A stretch of 64,000 nt of DNA from Balanoglossus misakiensis (GCA_040954595.2 CM082584.2:4406110-4470109), one strand, 5' to 3'. Counted from the first letter of the stretch, positions 39,319 through 52,884 are shown. The notes: generated from the letters alone by a model not told the origin. Numbers and translations: made by a program.

Positions 39319-42300
39319 CTAGCACATTCTTTTAGCTTCAGGGCTGTACTGTACATCGACCAGGTCGGCATGCTGTGCGTGGAGACAAGGTTGCGACGAA
39401 TACCCGTTCATTGTGATTTTGCCCACGCTTCTGGCGTCGGCCGGGCTTCCAATGTTCATTTTCAACGCATGGGGGGGGGGGGGTGATATCGCGTTTCTTT
39501 GTCGGAGCATGCGTCATTGTAGTAATGGCACATGTTGTTTATCCCGTTTTCTGGTAGTATATAGCCGTACACGTCGACCACTTTACATAACGGTAGCATT
39601 AGTTGAACGCCTGTGGGTAAACATTAACATACATCATGAGGCTGATTTCTCCAGCATAATAGGTCATGTTAGGTCAGTTGGTCAGTAGTTCAGAGGTCAC
39701 GAGAACCCACCGCCGGCAATTAAGCAATAAAACACCCCCAGCCATGGTATACCACGCGATTTTGACCAGTTCACGACATATACGCACAAGCGATAGCGAG
39801 TGCATATATGGAGTTGAACTGGTCAAAATCGAGTGGTATACCATGGCTGGGGGCCGGTGTTTTATTGCTATTATATTATACCAGTATATTGAAACTTTGC
39901 ATACAACATTTTGATAAGGCATTTTCTTTGACTATGAGTTTGGCGTGATATATGACTGTGGTATATGACGAATATATCACAGTCAGATCACGTGTCGTGT
40001 CTCGGCCAATAAAATAGCGTGATTACACCATCAATATACTGGTATAATATAATATTCGATAACAGCGACGATAGCGAGAGACTTCTAAACGCTTTGCTCT
40101 TCTGACGATACTAGTGAAGAATGACAAAATGACGTGCCGAAATTAAGACTAATCACCACGTTTTGGCGATCGCAATGCCGGGTCGCGAAGCTCAGCTCTA
40201 TCGTTCATCGAGTCCAATGTTTACAACAAGCATAAAGTAGTTCCCGTGTATAGGCCGATGCACTCATAGTGATGACAAGGTGATTAGTTTACAACGTGCC
40301 GTAAGGAAATTGTTATGAGAAAACGATCGGTATATGTGATACATGAATGTGGTTTTTATTAACATTGAATGGAATGGCAAGGGGAATGAAGCAAAGTTTT
40401 TATTTTAACACGTTTTCAAAAGGGACTATTTTATCTCATTTGCATACCACTCGCAAAAAATGCCGGTTTCACTTTACTGGCAACAACGCCAGTTGTTTGG
40501 TACTGTGGATGTACAAACTCATTTCCGTAATGCGGCTGTAGAACAAGGCAAATGGTCATTCTCGGGTTAATTTTGACAAATGCATTTTACACGTTCTTTA
40601 GGCTATATACATGTAAAGCATAGATTTAATATCGTCAACCTTTGCTTTTGATGATGTGCTCTTTATTAGGAAGCCAACCACGTGTGTCACGTCCCCTGCT
40701 TTTCAAATAAAATTCCTCACCAACGAATCCTGATGAAGGTGTGTGTCCAATAATTGGATTTTCACAGTATTCCTGAATAACGTCCCAGCCTCGCCAGAGA
40801 GATGTCGGATCGATGACGTACATAGTCTTGTCAGGGTGATTTAACCTCCAAGAGATGTACCCCTTCAGAAATTGCAAGCTGTCCCTGTCCCACTGACAAA
40901 TTGAAAAGACGGGGATCATAAAACTATAGTCATTGGTTTTCACTATTGACAGTTTGCCAGGTTCAATATCGTCTTCCGCAGAATATTACAATCCAATATA
41001 TTTAGCTTGACGACACAATAATAAATCGGTAATTTATAACTGTTGCTGCTGTCTTGCTTAATTAGTGGCTTTCTAGGGCGATGAGCAGCACATTATTTAG
41101 GGCACATCTACACGCCCCTGATCACTTTATTACTGTGTTGATGTCGGATATTCAGAATCACCCGCGCTGGACAGGAAAAGAAGTATAGGGCAAACCACCG
41201 TCTCTCCACGTGAGGGACCGTGGGCAAACTATACTACTATTAAAGGCCGAAATGACCGTCTAGATTCTTAGCCCACACAGTAAAGAACATCAACATACAT
41301 TCCCTTGCAGATTACCTGGTATAGGTTTCCATTAAACGTGGTAGTGTCCCTCCATGCCACGAAAGTAACGTTTGGGGACATATCTTCCGATCGGAGCAGC
41401 TCTTCCGTGAGTTCGGCTCTTTGTATGATTTGGTTGTTGATGAGTCGAATGGACGTCTTCGTTCCAACGTCGACTGCGAAATCTTTCACTGGCGCCACAT
41501 TGAATCTTAACACTGCTTCGTGTGAGTCTGGAAATGTCAGTGGCCAAAGTAAGCCAGAAGTGTTACTAGATCCGAAACTCGAAGTCTGTGAAACTTTGAT
41601 TTCGCTAAGCTGTAGCACCCATGCATCGGAAACATTGGTTGGGATGTCCACACTATCTGGCTGAAACTTTACCCGTTCCAAGCTATTAACAGTTTGTGGA
41701 TGTTAAGGCTGGTACGCAGTTCCTTCTGTCATCCACCAATACACCCATGCGCCAACCCTATCCAACCCAACCCGAACCAATCCAACCCATTTCAACAATC
41801 GCACTAACCATCCACATAATGCCACACTACCCACCCTATTATGCTTACCGATTTCAATTAGAATTTTTCAAACTGCGACCACTTCCAACCACCGCGCACG
41901 TATCATATTTGGGGACCGACCCAAGGAAATCGGCGACGGGGAAAAACTGCGCCAGGCCGAGTTCTCGTAGTGGGCTGGTATGTTGATCCAGAACACTGAT
42001 GAACGCCTTTGTCTGCATCGTACATAGGACATCGGCTGCGTTTTCAGTTCTGTTTGTGTGCACCCGGCAACCGGTGCGGTTTTGGGACTGTGGATATTTT
42101 TCAAGAGATTTGTTGAACATGTTCTCATAGTGCTCCAGGTACGACCTTATTATCTGGTTCGGGTTGTTCAGTGCTGTATCGAGGTTCTTGATGGTGGTGG
42201 CCTGCCTGCCGGGTATAAACGCAGCTGAGACGACTTCGCTGACCAAACCTTGGGATTTGCGCATATGAGAATGTTTGTTGAGACTCTGTCCAACAGACGG

Positions 42301-42444
42301 CTGCGCACACTTGTCCGATATACTCCTTTCAGAATGATCTGTCATCGCAAAAATCAAGACGAAGCCCAGGCAAACTAGAAATCCAAGTCGTTCCAGAGTG
42401 GCACGTCTAGTTCTGAATGTCCGCCGAGTTGATATGTTCGGCAT
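39319..42444 (-). pseudogene. ST6Gal-like sialyltransferase (GT29), copy 2: exons 42444-41849, 41527-41316, 40892-40721, 39610-39319; frameshifted
   Basis: All four exons are present, including [33 protein letters not shown]. An 8-bp deletion relative to copy 1 gives TGA at 41856-41854. The last exon is 1 nt shorter (G13 vs G14). Confidence 0.88.
39719..40048. mobile_element. Double-hairpin element family A (paralogous site of 18938)
   Basis: Same flanks as the copy-1 insertion, so it predates the duplication. Confidence 0.8.
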
Positions 42445-42878
42445 AGCGAGGCAAAGCCTTAGCCTATATGGCAAAGTTGCTGGAACTGTGTTGGCAATGC
42501 AGTACCTATCCCAATAGTGATCTGTAAGAAGTATTTATTTCATTTTCTAAAACCGGGAGAGGAACAGTATACACATGATGACTGACAATGAGGGCAACAG
42601 TGTATTTTGATGACCGAGGGCGCTGCTAGTCACAACTAAAACAGTCTTGTTTTGGTGTGACTGGCAGTCCCGAGGTCATCAAAAATAAACTGTTGCCCGA
42701 ATATGACAGTCATCATGTGTTTTATAACACACCAACACGACACACACCACATCCAGGCAACAATACCGGGCAGAAACCGATTGAACTGAAGCCTTAGGGA
42801 ACAGTTCGAAATGACTAAGGTCACGTGACGGCGTATTGACGAATCACGATCGAGGGTTTGCTGCATGGTGTGTTATAA

Positions 42879-43188
42879 TTAAGCAATAAAACACCCCCAG
42901 CCATGGTATACCACGAGATTTTGACCAGTTCACGACATATACGCACGAGCGATAGCGAGTGCGTATATGGAGTTGAACTGGTCAAAATCGAGTGGTATAC
43001 CATGGCTGGGGGTGTTTTATTGCTATTATATCATGCCAGTATATTGAAACTTTGCATAAAACATTTTAAAAAGGCATTTTCTTTGACTATGATATATGAC
43101 TGTGGTATATGGCTAATATATCACGGTCACATGTTGTGTCTCGACCAATCAAATAGCTTGATTTACACCATCAATATACTGGTATAAT
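42879..43188. mobile_element. Double-hairpin element family A
   Basis: Same palindromes, with independent flanks. Confidence 0.8.
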
Positions 43189-46031
43189 ATAATTTAGTTT
43201 AAACCACGATCGTGACGTCACACTATTCAATAGACAAGTCATTCACTGAGAGAACCTCCGTCTCACCCAAACCACAGGTTGAAAACCAAGTCCCGGGTAG
43301 TTCTAGAACTACCTCCGGGGGTTCTAGAACTACCGCAGGACTCAGTCTCACCTGTCGTAACAAAAATATAAATACACAATGCTTTATTTGCATAATTACA
43401 TTTACTTCTATACCTGTATTCAAAGTACATTTCATTTGAATAGAGTAATTGTTATGTTAATTGAAAGCGAACTGGATATGCGACAGTCTCCGGATCATTT
43501 CATTCAGTGCTTCAAAAATAGACAAAAATCAAATCACCAGAAACAAACTAACGTTGCAATAAATTCGCTACAATTTTCTAGAAAATTATACTAAATCACA
43601 TTATCCCCAGATTTGCTTGTATTACTCTAACCCGATGCTTCACTTCGATTTTGCTTCACTACCGACATGTAACAAGGTTGGCTGTTTTAGGCCTACTGTT
43701 TAACAAAACCCGCGTACCTTGCAAAATTCTGCTTACTTTTTGTTGCTGTTCACCAGATGTGGGTTTGTAATGTCGGACGGCTTCACTTCGGTATCAAGTC
43801 TTTTCGCAGATGAGTTACTCACCAATATATCCCTACCATACAGACGCGTTGCCGCTGTGGCTCGTAGAGAGTGGTTCGTTCAAAAGCCGGGGAGGCCAAT
43901 ACACAGACGGGCAGTAGTACCATGTAGAGCATTGTGACCCGGTTTTTGCTTTACCAACATGTAGCCGCTTGTTTTCGCAGATGATATAGATCGGAAGTAC
44001 ATGTATCTTCAAAAAATAAACTAAAAACGTGACACTTACATGTAGGCCTACTGCATTTGGCCTAGAAAATTTTCGCGTAAGCTTACCATGTGCACGCAAA
44101 ACCCCAATAGCTGTAACCCTTCCCATAACACACTACGTAACACACCTGTAAAGTTTAATTTGATGCAAATTGAAGTTTGAAATTAGCATATCACTCCGAC
44201 ACGTAAGCATGAACATATATATAGAGTAACACCTGTCAAGCGTGGGCGATCTTGTAAGGCCCAGCAGGGCGGTCTAGAACTACCTGCCCACGACATGATT
44301 CATTTATAGGAAGAGGGGTGGTCAACCAATTTCACAGTCAGCAATGAAGAATTAGCTTCTTTTGATAAAATGTTGTTCCTTATATTTTACTGAATCGTTG
44401 TGTAATACGACGTCTTAAAGATTCACAAAGCTCCAATGGTGACAATGTCTGTGGGGGATCGTGGTTTAAGTTAGAGAACCACCTCCCCCTCCATGGTTCT
44501 TGGTTTCCAATCGAAACCAAGAACCACCTCGGGGTCGGTGGTTCTCTATTACTTAGCGCGGGAAGTGACATGTTCGTCTCACTTCAGGAGCGGTGCACAT
44601 AGTCAGATTGTGGACATACGATATCCAAGTTTCGCTCCCGAGATCAGCGTGCATAAATGTCGCTATACCCAGGGGCACGATGGCTTTAGTTTGTCGTGAA
44701 ATAGTGTTCGTCTATTCACACCAGGATCTGGGAAGCTGACCAGGGGTTGGCAAAAACCAAGCGGAATGTTTTTTATATAAAACTCATGATACCAAAATAT
44801 CTCTGTAAGGCCAAGCATATTGTGTCGTTTCGACGACGCTTTTCAAAACATGCATGGTTGATAGATCTGGACGCAAAAAACTATAGCTTATTTCATGCTT
44901 TGCAAACTGAATTTTTTAAATGAAGTGTTATTTGAAGGAAGTACGTAGTAGTTGTCTTAACAAATAAGAAATAGAATTTCGAGGTCGTCAAAGAGATGGG
45001 AATCTGATCCCATTGAGTTGAACCTCACACAGAGAAAAAAAAAAGTTCAAGCTATAGGCGAAGAAAATAATAGGTAATCGAGACTTGGGCTTTTTTATTT
45101 GGGGAATATCATATTTATAGTGGAATTGAAGATTTCGTTACCACACAGTGTGAGAGATACCTTATGTACCTACACATCACTCGATCGAGACATTGTTCGT
45201 TGTTGCTTGGCCTCAAGAATAACTGTTGAGGACTATGGATGATATGCGTGTAGACCTGGTGGTTTGAGTGTGAAAATATTCATATGAAACAATACATACA
45301 TATGATTGCGTTTGGTTAGATATTGATATTGGAGCGATCCCGAGGCCCCGGGGGAGCGGCCCGCCATCATTGATTGGTGGTATGGGAAACATGATATTTG
45401 GGTGTGACATCGGGACAAGTGAAACTGGGTCATGTCATACTGCGCAGACTCCATTGGCTTGCCTCCACGGACAAACCTCTTAAACATACATGTACGTACA
45501 TTTTGCAAAACAATTTCACCAGACTGTTTTTCTCAAATCACTCAATTGAACAAAGCCTATAGCATGATGCAGAAGAGTTACTGGGGAATGCAAACAACAG
45601 TGCCCACCCGCTTCGCAGATTCTGTGTTGTCTGTTTCCATGATACCAACTTGGTGAAGAGCGGACAAGATAGGGGACATTTACAGCATGGAAGTAATACG
45701 CAATTACAGCTTGACAGAAAGGGAACGCGCAGTCTGATACTCTCGGGCATGTTCTGTTTAATTTAGATACCGTGTTTCCGCATGATAAACGCCGCATATA
45801 CACGAAATGTACGCCCACTTTGTAAAATAATCTGTCTGTTTTGAAAAAGTCGATTCCTGTTTCCGTATAATACTAGAACAGAACATCCTGTTATGAAACA
45901 CAACGAATACTGAACAGAACCAGGCACTTTAAGAGAATCTGGAGAAAGAGGCGCTGGCAAGACACGCAGCAGCAGCGGTGAGTTTTGATTTAAATTCATT
46001 CTGTCTGCACATTTAACTTTGCTAGTTGTTT

Positions 46032-46710
46032 ACATACATACATGTACATACATACATACATACATACATGTACATACATACATACATACATACATACATA
46101 CATACATACATACATACATACATACATACATACATACATACATACATACATACATACATACATACATACATACATACATACATACATACATACATACATA
46201 CATACATACATACATACATACATACATACATACATACATACATACATACATACATACATACATACATACATACATACATACATACATACATACATACATA
46301 CATACATACATACATACATACATACATACATACATACATACATACATACATACATACATACATACATACATACATACATACATACATACATACATACATA
46401 CATACATACATACATACATACATACATACATACATACATACATACATACATACATACATACATACATACATACATACATACATACATACATACATACATA
46501 CATACATACATACATACATACATACATACATACATACATACATACATACATACATACATACATACATACATACATACATACATACATACATACATACATA
46601 CATACATACATACATACATACATACATACATACATACATACATACATACATACATACATACATACATACATACATACATACATACATACATACATACATA
46701 CATACATACA

Positions 46711-46742
<32 letters not shown>
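46032..46742. repeat. (CATA)n microsatellite, ~710 bp
   Basis: Direct read; nearly perfect. Confidence 0.99.
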
Positions 46743-46918
46743 CGATATGACTTTCAATATGTATAAATACATTTTCTCTTTGAAAAAAAACAGGTCCAAA
46801 TAGCCTCGTTACAGAGGGGCAATCATTTTGCACGAATTTGATATAAAATTATAATAACTTCTATAAACTGTTTAATTTTTCACATCTTCTTTCCACAGAT
46901 AGACGAATTCGTTACAGA

Positions 46919-49795
46919 ATGGCAGAAAAATCGGTGTTTTGTTTAGGTATTTTCCTGTGTGCACTGTTGTTTTGCCTGACTGATGGCAAGCGAAGTCAAG
47001 AAGGTAAGCCTGTACGAATGACCAGGATGTAACGGGTCATCCAGGGGCCAATACGTGATTGTAAATGCCACATGTACCATGTACACATTACGGGAGAGGG
47101 GGGGGGGTCAATACAGGTTAGTGATATTATCTTCTTCTTTAAAACAAAGTAGTGACTTTAATCTTTCTCCCCTTGGAATGGTAGCAGATTGCGAGACCGG
47201 CTGGGACAGTTTCAAGGATAAATGCTACTATGCGTACAAGTTCCCGATGTACACCTACGACGAAGCGAGAACTGTGTGCATAGCACTTGGCGGCAGATTG
47301 GCAAAGATAAATGATGTGCAAGAGGACTTGTACTTGAAAGGTGCGTGACTTTGACTCGACAAAATGAGCAAAGGAATATCGTGTCTGTCAAACAACACAC
47401 ACTGTACCGTGAGAGGTTTTGTTTAGAGACATCATCACAAATATGTACTCAAGTTTGACATTATATAGATTCCATGATTGACAAAAACGGGATACTGTTA
47501 GACATTAAATGTTCAAACAAGTGTATTTGCCCGGTCTCTCTGATACAAAGTTTTATACTTCACTCGGCTGTTTCGTGGTGTTACCTTTTGGAATTTGAAT
47601 GATAGATACTAGTATTCATACTATTTTACCATTCTACATCGTGGGTGACATGCAACGATCGCAGAAATCAATGTAAATAGAGTATGCCAAAAAAGTTGTT
47701 CGTTGCCACGTAGAGTCGTCTACATTCGAGGAACATATTGTTTTCAAAGTTCGAGGTCATGGTTTTTATTTACGCAGGATATACAGAAGGCAGAGTGCAT
47801 ATGTGGCTGGGTGCAAACGATCTGGAAGTCGAGGGAAATTGGCAATGGGAAGATGGTACCTCGGTAAGCTAAGAATGACCGAAGACATTTTTACCAACTG
47901 CAGCGCCATCAATACTCAGTGCCTGGCTATGTGTGAAATACAAACGTGCCTGTTTTCAGTATTAGCTACATGCGAGAGTTCTTTTTCGTGTGTGCGTATG
48001 CATGGCAGAAATCTCACCTCGTTATTTAGCCCTGCATACTAGTAGTTTCTCGTTTGAAATGTGATGGACAATGTTACACCTACTCCATTCCATGACTTGG
48101 ACACGGAGTGATAGTGGTTTGTTCAAGAGCAAATACTGGAAACTCTTAATAATGTATTGTTTCCGAGATAACTTTTACTGAAAAAATGACTCTTATGGTA
48201 TTTCCAAACACTTTGCACTGCAGTCCAAGAAAATGCAGTAGATACACAAAACAAAACACTGACAATATGGCGAAAAGTTACAGATGATGGAAGGAGAGAA
48301 TGTATTCCACACACGTCAGGCATGCATACTTTTCATCTCTGCCAATTCTTGCACTCTCTTGAAGGTGCGTTACAGAAATTGGTACCCCGGCCAACCAGAT
48401 AATAACGCAGACGGCGGCGAACACTGTATGCATTTTCTACACAATCACCACGGGACATGGAACGATGGCCGCTGCGATTTATGGAACGGCTTCATCTGCG
48501 AAAAAGAAAAATGTAGGCATTGTTCTCAATGTAGGTCTCAAAGCACGATAGTGTCCTGCCCAATCTAAGTTACTTTGTTCAAAATTATCTCAACAAAACG
48601 CACACCAACCACATTCACACTTTTGATTGAAACTGTGTACAGCTTTACCAGCAGATGAATCAGCCTGCACAGTTGATCCGGTCGGATTGGAGAGCGGCGA
48701 CATACCGAACTCACAGATAACGGCCAGCAGTCACCACTCACCCAACCACATGCCCCACCAGGGGAGACTGAACTACGCCGGTGCCGGGTCGCATTCTTGG
48801 TGTGTTCTTCAGAACGTAGTCGGGGAGTGGTTGCAAATCAACCTTGGCTACGAGAGAACAGTTACTCGAGTGGCGACTCAAGTAAGTGTGGCTGAATATA
48901 TACACTGTGTGTTCATAAAATTTAATGGCAAAGATGTACAGCTCTGTTTTTTTTCCGCCAAGACTTTGTTATACTTGTTTTGTAAGTTAGCTTTAGGGGG
49001 ATGTAAAGTGCCTGTTTACTATTAAAATCATAATTGGCCTAGCATGTCTTTATCCTTGTTCTTGAAAGCATTTCCCTGAAAGGGAAAGACATTGACCCCC
49101 TTCCCCATTCAGCATTTCCAAAACAAGGTGACCCTCAACCACAAAATTCCAAAACAGGGTGACCCCCAATGAATCCACCCCAGGCCGAAGAAACTGACCA
49201 ATCCCTAAGGCAGTCCAACCTTGTGCCGATGCAATAATAATTGAATTTTTCCATGTCGTTTTTCTGCCTAGGGCCGCGGTGACTATGACCAATGGGTGGA
49301 TACCTACAATGTAAGATACCACCATGACGGAGCATGGGACTATGTTGGTGATGACAATGGCATGCGAAAGGTATCTGTGTCCACTACTTTCTGACTCCTT
49401 ATCAGTTCTCAGGTGGACCAATTGAACGGTCTTGTGACTTCACATACCACTCTGACGTATAATTCAGGACTCTGTACAGATCGTCACCTCCAATATGCGT
49501 CACACAATATCCATGAAGCCATGTTAAATTGATATGTTTGTGAAGCTATCACTAAAGTTCACCTGCACGCTGTGAATATATAATTAGGGACAATGAAAGT
49601 TTCTGCAGTGAGACGAGATGTTCAATAGAGAAAATTTCTTCATTTTTTTAGGCATTCCAAGGGAATTCCGACAGGAACACGATCGTCTACCACGAAATGG
49701 TAGAAAAGTCGTTCATCACCCAGTACGTCCGATTTTATCCTCTGTCATGGCATGGCCACATGTCAATGAGAGTGGAGGTCTATGCATGCGAATAG
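46919..49795 (+). CDS. Secreted C-type lectin + discoidin (FA58C/F5-8 type C) protein, ~315 aa; exons 46919-47003, 47188-47340, 47778-47863, 48365-48512, ~48643-48881, 49272-49370, 49652-49795
   Basis: Signal peptide MAEKSVFCLGIFLCALLFCLTDG. CTLD motifs CETGW..KCY, WLGAND, QPD, EHC, WND. FA58C motifs GLESGDIPNSQITASS, EWLQINLG, VATQGR, MRVEVYAC*. All phases are consistent. Confidence 0.92.
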
Positions 49796-49799
49796 TGCC

Positions 49800-50240
49800 A
49801 CCTAAATCACAAACCTTGTAACGCCAAGACGTGGAATTGAATGGATTACATGTACTTCAATCATGTACACCTTATCCAGCAGCGTAGATTTGAATAGAAG
49901 ACTTAATCGTATATTTACCCCCAAAGACGTACATGTACATTCGAATAGAACACCTAAATCACAACAACGAGACGTGGATTTAAATCGAATACTTCACTCA
50001 TGTACACTTTGCATCACCAAGATATGGATTTGAATATAATACATGAACTTGAATCGTACATACCCCAAAACACCTGGACGTCGATTTGAACAGAATACTT
50101 CAATTGTACACTTTATATCACCAAGATATCGATTTGAATAGATATATTGATTCAATCATATACCCTTATACCAGCAACGTAGATACAGAATATTAAAGCA
50201 TGTACCTTACACAACAAAGTGTGGATTTGTATGATCCCAG
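49800..50240. repeat. Degenerate ~50-60-bp tandem repeats between the lectin and DPH5 3' ends
   Basis: Recurring ccaagacgtggatttgaatagaa..cttcaatcatgtacac motif. Confidence 0.7.
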
Positions 50241-50378
50241 TTGTATGTCTTTCTTTGCTATTGTGACAGCTATGGGGTCTGGCATTGGTCTCAGGAGAAC
50301 TCAACACAACGGATATTATTCCCTTTCTTTTATGTTATTATTTGAACATTTAAAATCAGATTACGTCTTCTATGAGCA

Positions 50379-51598
50379 CTACACTGCATGAGCTTTGGCT
50401 TTCACATCAAATGTCTCCGGGTCGACTGCGAACAATTTCAGTATGTCCATCTCGAGGGGGTGCATGTGACCGGCAATGACCAATGAGTGAAGGGGAGCGC
50501 CCATTTCCGTGGCAACCAACTGTTTCAGGGTTCCCGCGGCAAGTCTCTGGTCCTCGGCGCCCACTCTGGCCACCCCGACGCAGATAGTGTCTTCCGTGTA
50601 AGCTGGGAGGAGAAGGCACAAAAAAACCCAGAGTTTACACTTACAAATATGATGTTGGGTATGTAGTTCTGGAGTACCGTATTTTCCCCTTGTCTGTAAA
50701 TTGGTGATTGGTCATGACTCTCACAATCAATACATGTACACCCTTGTGGCAAGACTTACCTAAACTTTCCTTCACTCCTCTTCCTCTCAATAATTTCTAA
50801 CAGTTGTGAGGCAGCCTGGCTCACTGTCATGTACCGCGGGGGTTCAAATATTTTTCTTCCTCTGGAAAAAGAAAATGACAAAAATGAAAAGGGGAAAAAC
50901 ATCTTTCAACTGTACTACATGTATTAATTAATTCACACCCACAGCTACATCAAGTCAATCAATCAACCAACCAACCAACCATCAACCAACTGGCCAACCA
51001 ACATACTATACCCTCAGCAGCCATCAAACCACCGCCAGTCAACGAATACAACAAAAGCACCCACATACACATACACCCACCTACCTCATCAAATTTTCTA
51101 TCGACTGTTCCTTGACTTTGATGTCCAATAAACACAACGTATGAAATCCAGCCTTTCTGTTGGTGGCTATCTTGTCATAAAAGCTGTCTGGTTTCCAGGT
51201 GTCCGTCCAGAACACAATCGACACTGTTTCACCAAAATTGTACAACTGTGAAAAAAAGAATGAGACATAAATTTGACAAGCAAACTTATACAGCTACATG
51301 CATTAAAATCATCATTAAAATCACATACTTTGTGTTTTGTATGAGCAGATGAGACTCTCATTGAGTCCGTTGAAAGATTTAGACGGTAATTCCACAGAGG
51401 GCGCTCTTCCGTATCTGCTGGGCTGTATACCAGGCATCACCCGCATTCTCACACAGATGAGACTGGGTTCAAAGGAATAAATAGTTGAAATGATAAAAGA
51501 GACACAAAACATTGATTTCTCACTTGTAATCTGCAGCATCCGACTGCATTCATTATGGAAGCATTGTGGATGACTTTGTAGGGAATCTCTTCTTGGAT
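50379..51598 (-). pseudogene. DPH5: Diphthine methyl ester synthase, 5'-truncated copy; exons ~51598-51524, 51245-51085, 50861-50760, 50602-50379
   Basis: IPYKVIHNASIMNAVGCC.LQ|[40 protein letters not shown]..|GRKIFEPPRYMTV..|TICVGVARVG..PLHSLVI. The N-terminal exons were not found, and there is a phase mismatch at the last intron. Confidence 0.85.
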
Positions 51599-52344
51599 CC
51601 TCGAGGGGGGGGGGGGGGGGGCATATGCTAATGGAGCTCTAAAATGTTACCATTGCTTTGAAATTTGTTTTTTCTCTGATTGCTTTGAAATTTAGGATAT
51701 AATTTCATAACACATTCATGTATATGTCATCAATTCTGATATCAGAAATATTCAATATTTAGCGAGTTTTTTTGTAAGTTTCTTTGTTTTTGGTTAGCAA
51801 ATCTTCTCTTAAACCAATTGTCCAGTTGTTTTTAAAGTTACAGTTTACAAGTTGTTACCCCCAACTTAGACATGTTTACATAACTTTAATAAGCCAGCTG
51901 TTACAGAGACCACGGGCTATTAAATTTTTAATTACCAGTGGCAGGTCAGTGTCTGTCTGTTCCAAGGCTGACTGAAAGAAGTTGCTTCTCATATGTGTTT
52001 GTACAGACAATTTTTGGTCAATTTTTTTTTCTAGCACCACTTGTAAGACTGCCATGACACATGACAGTTTATTGGGCATGTTCCTTGTTAATTTTTTTAC
52101 ATTCCATTTTTCTATATCGTTAGATCATATCTGCTTGCAATGTTACCTGTAATTTTTATTCTGGTGTGTCATTGTTTCCGCATAATCCTCAAATGGGACC
52201 ACAGTATCCTTGACGCTATTTTCTAATTATTCGTGTAATTCATGTATGCTGGAGGAATAAAGTAAAATTAAAGGAAATAAATATATAAATCTTATTTTGT
52301 GCCATTGTGTCTGTCAGTCTTTGCAGATCTCAGTCAAGGGAACT

Positions 52345-52552
52345 TACTGTAAAACGGATTATTTTTGCAACAGGAAATTTTCGCAATATCTAGAGGCAAC
52401 TGTCACGCAAGGATTAATTTTCGCATTCTCGTATTTCACTGCATCGTTATCTCTGAAAAAACATTTTACGGGACTTTTTATTTTGACTTTTGTTTGGCTC
52501 TTGCGTATTTTGCGAACATTTATTGCTCACAAAATTAACCCGTTTTACAGTA
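52345..52552. mobile_element. TA-flanked MITE family F (Tc1/mariner-like)
   Basis: ta|ctgtaaaac...gttttacag|ta. Related copies at 59271-59459 and 60817-61038. Confidence 0.8.
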
Positions 52553-52703
52553 TATGGATTGAGCTCTCTCTCTTTCTGCATATGACTTTGTGGCTACAGG
52601 CACTACTTTAGACCTGTCTGAATCAGTTTCATTCAGTGGCACAAGAACAATACTGCATGTAAAATTGTCCCATACTATGGATTCCAGGCAGCCATTTTAT
52701 TAG

Positions 52704-52884
52704 TAGTCTGGTCCCCTGCCCCAATCCCACCGAAAGGGGCCAGGTACGGCCCAATTTCATGCCCAGAAACCTGGGAAGACCACGTGATCATAAACAAGAT
52801 GGATGCCTCTGATGTCCGTATGCCAATCAAGATTCGTTTAGCATAGCGCAGCCAGCGTTGGGATTGGGGCATGGGACCAGGCTA
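52704..52884. mobile_element. MITE family H with TAG...CTA ends and 9-bp TSD (AcademH-like)
   Basis: ttttattag|tagtctggtcccctg...gggaccaggcta|ttttattag. Confidence 0.8.

Noticed and set aside
45996-46833. 237-267 aa ORFs (MYVC/YIHT repeats)
   Set aside because: Translations of the (CATA)n microsatellite.
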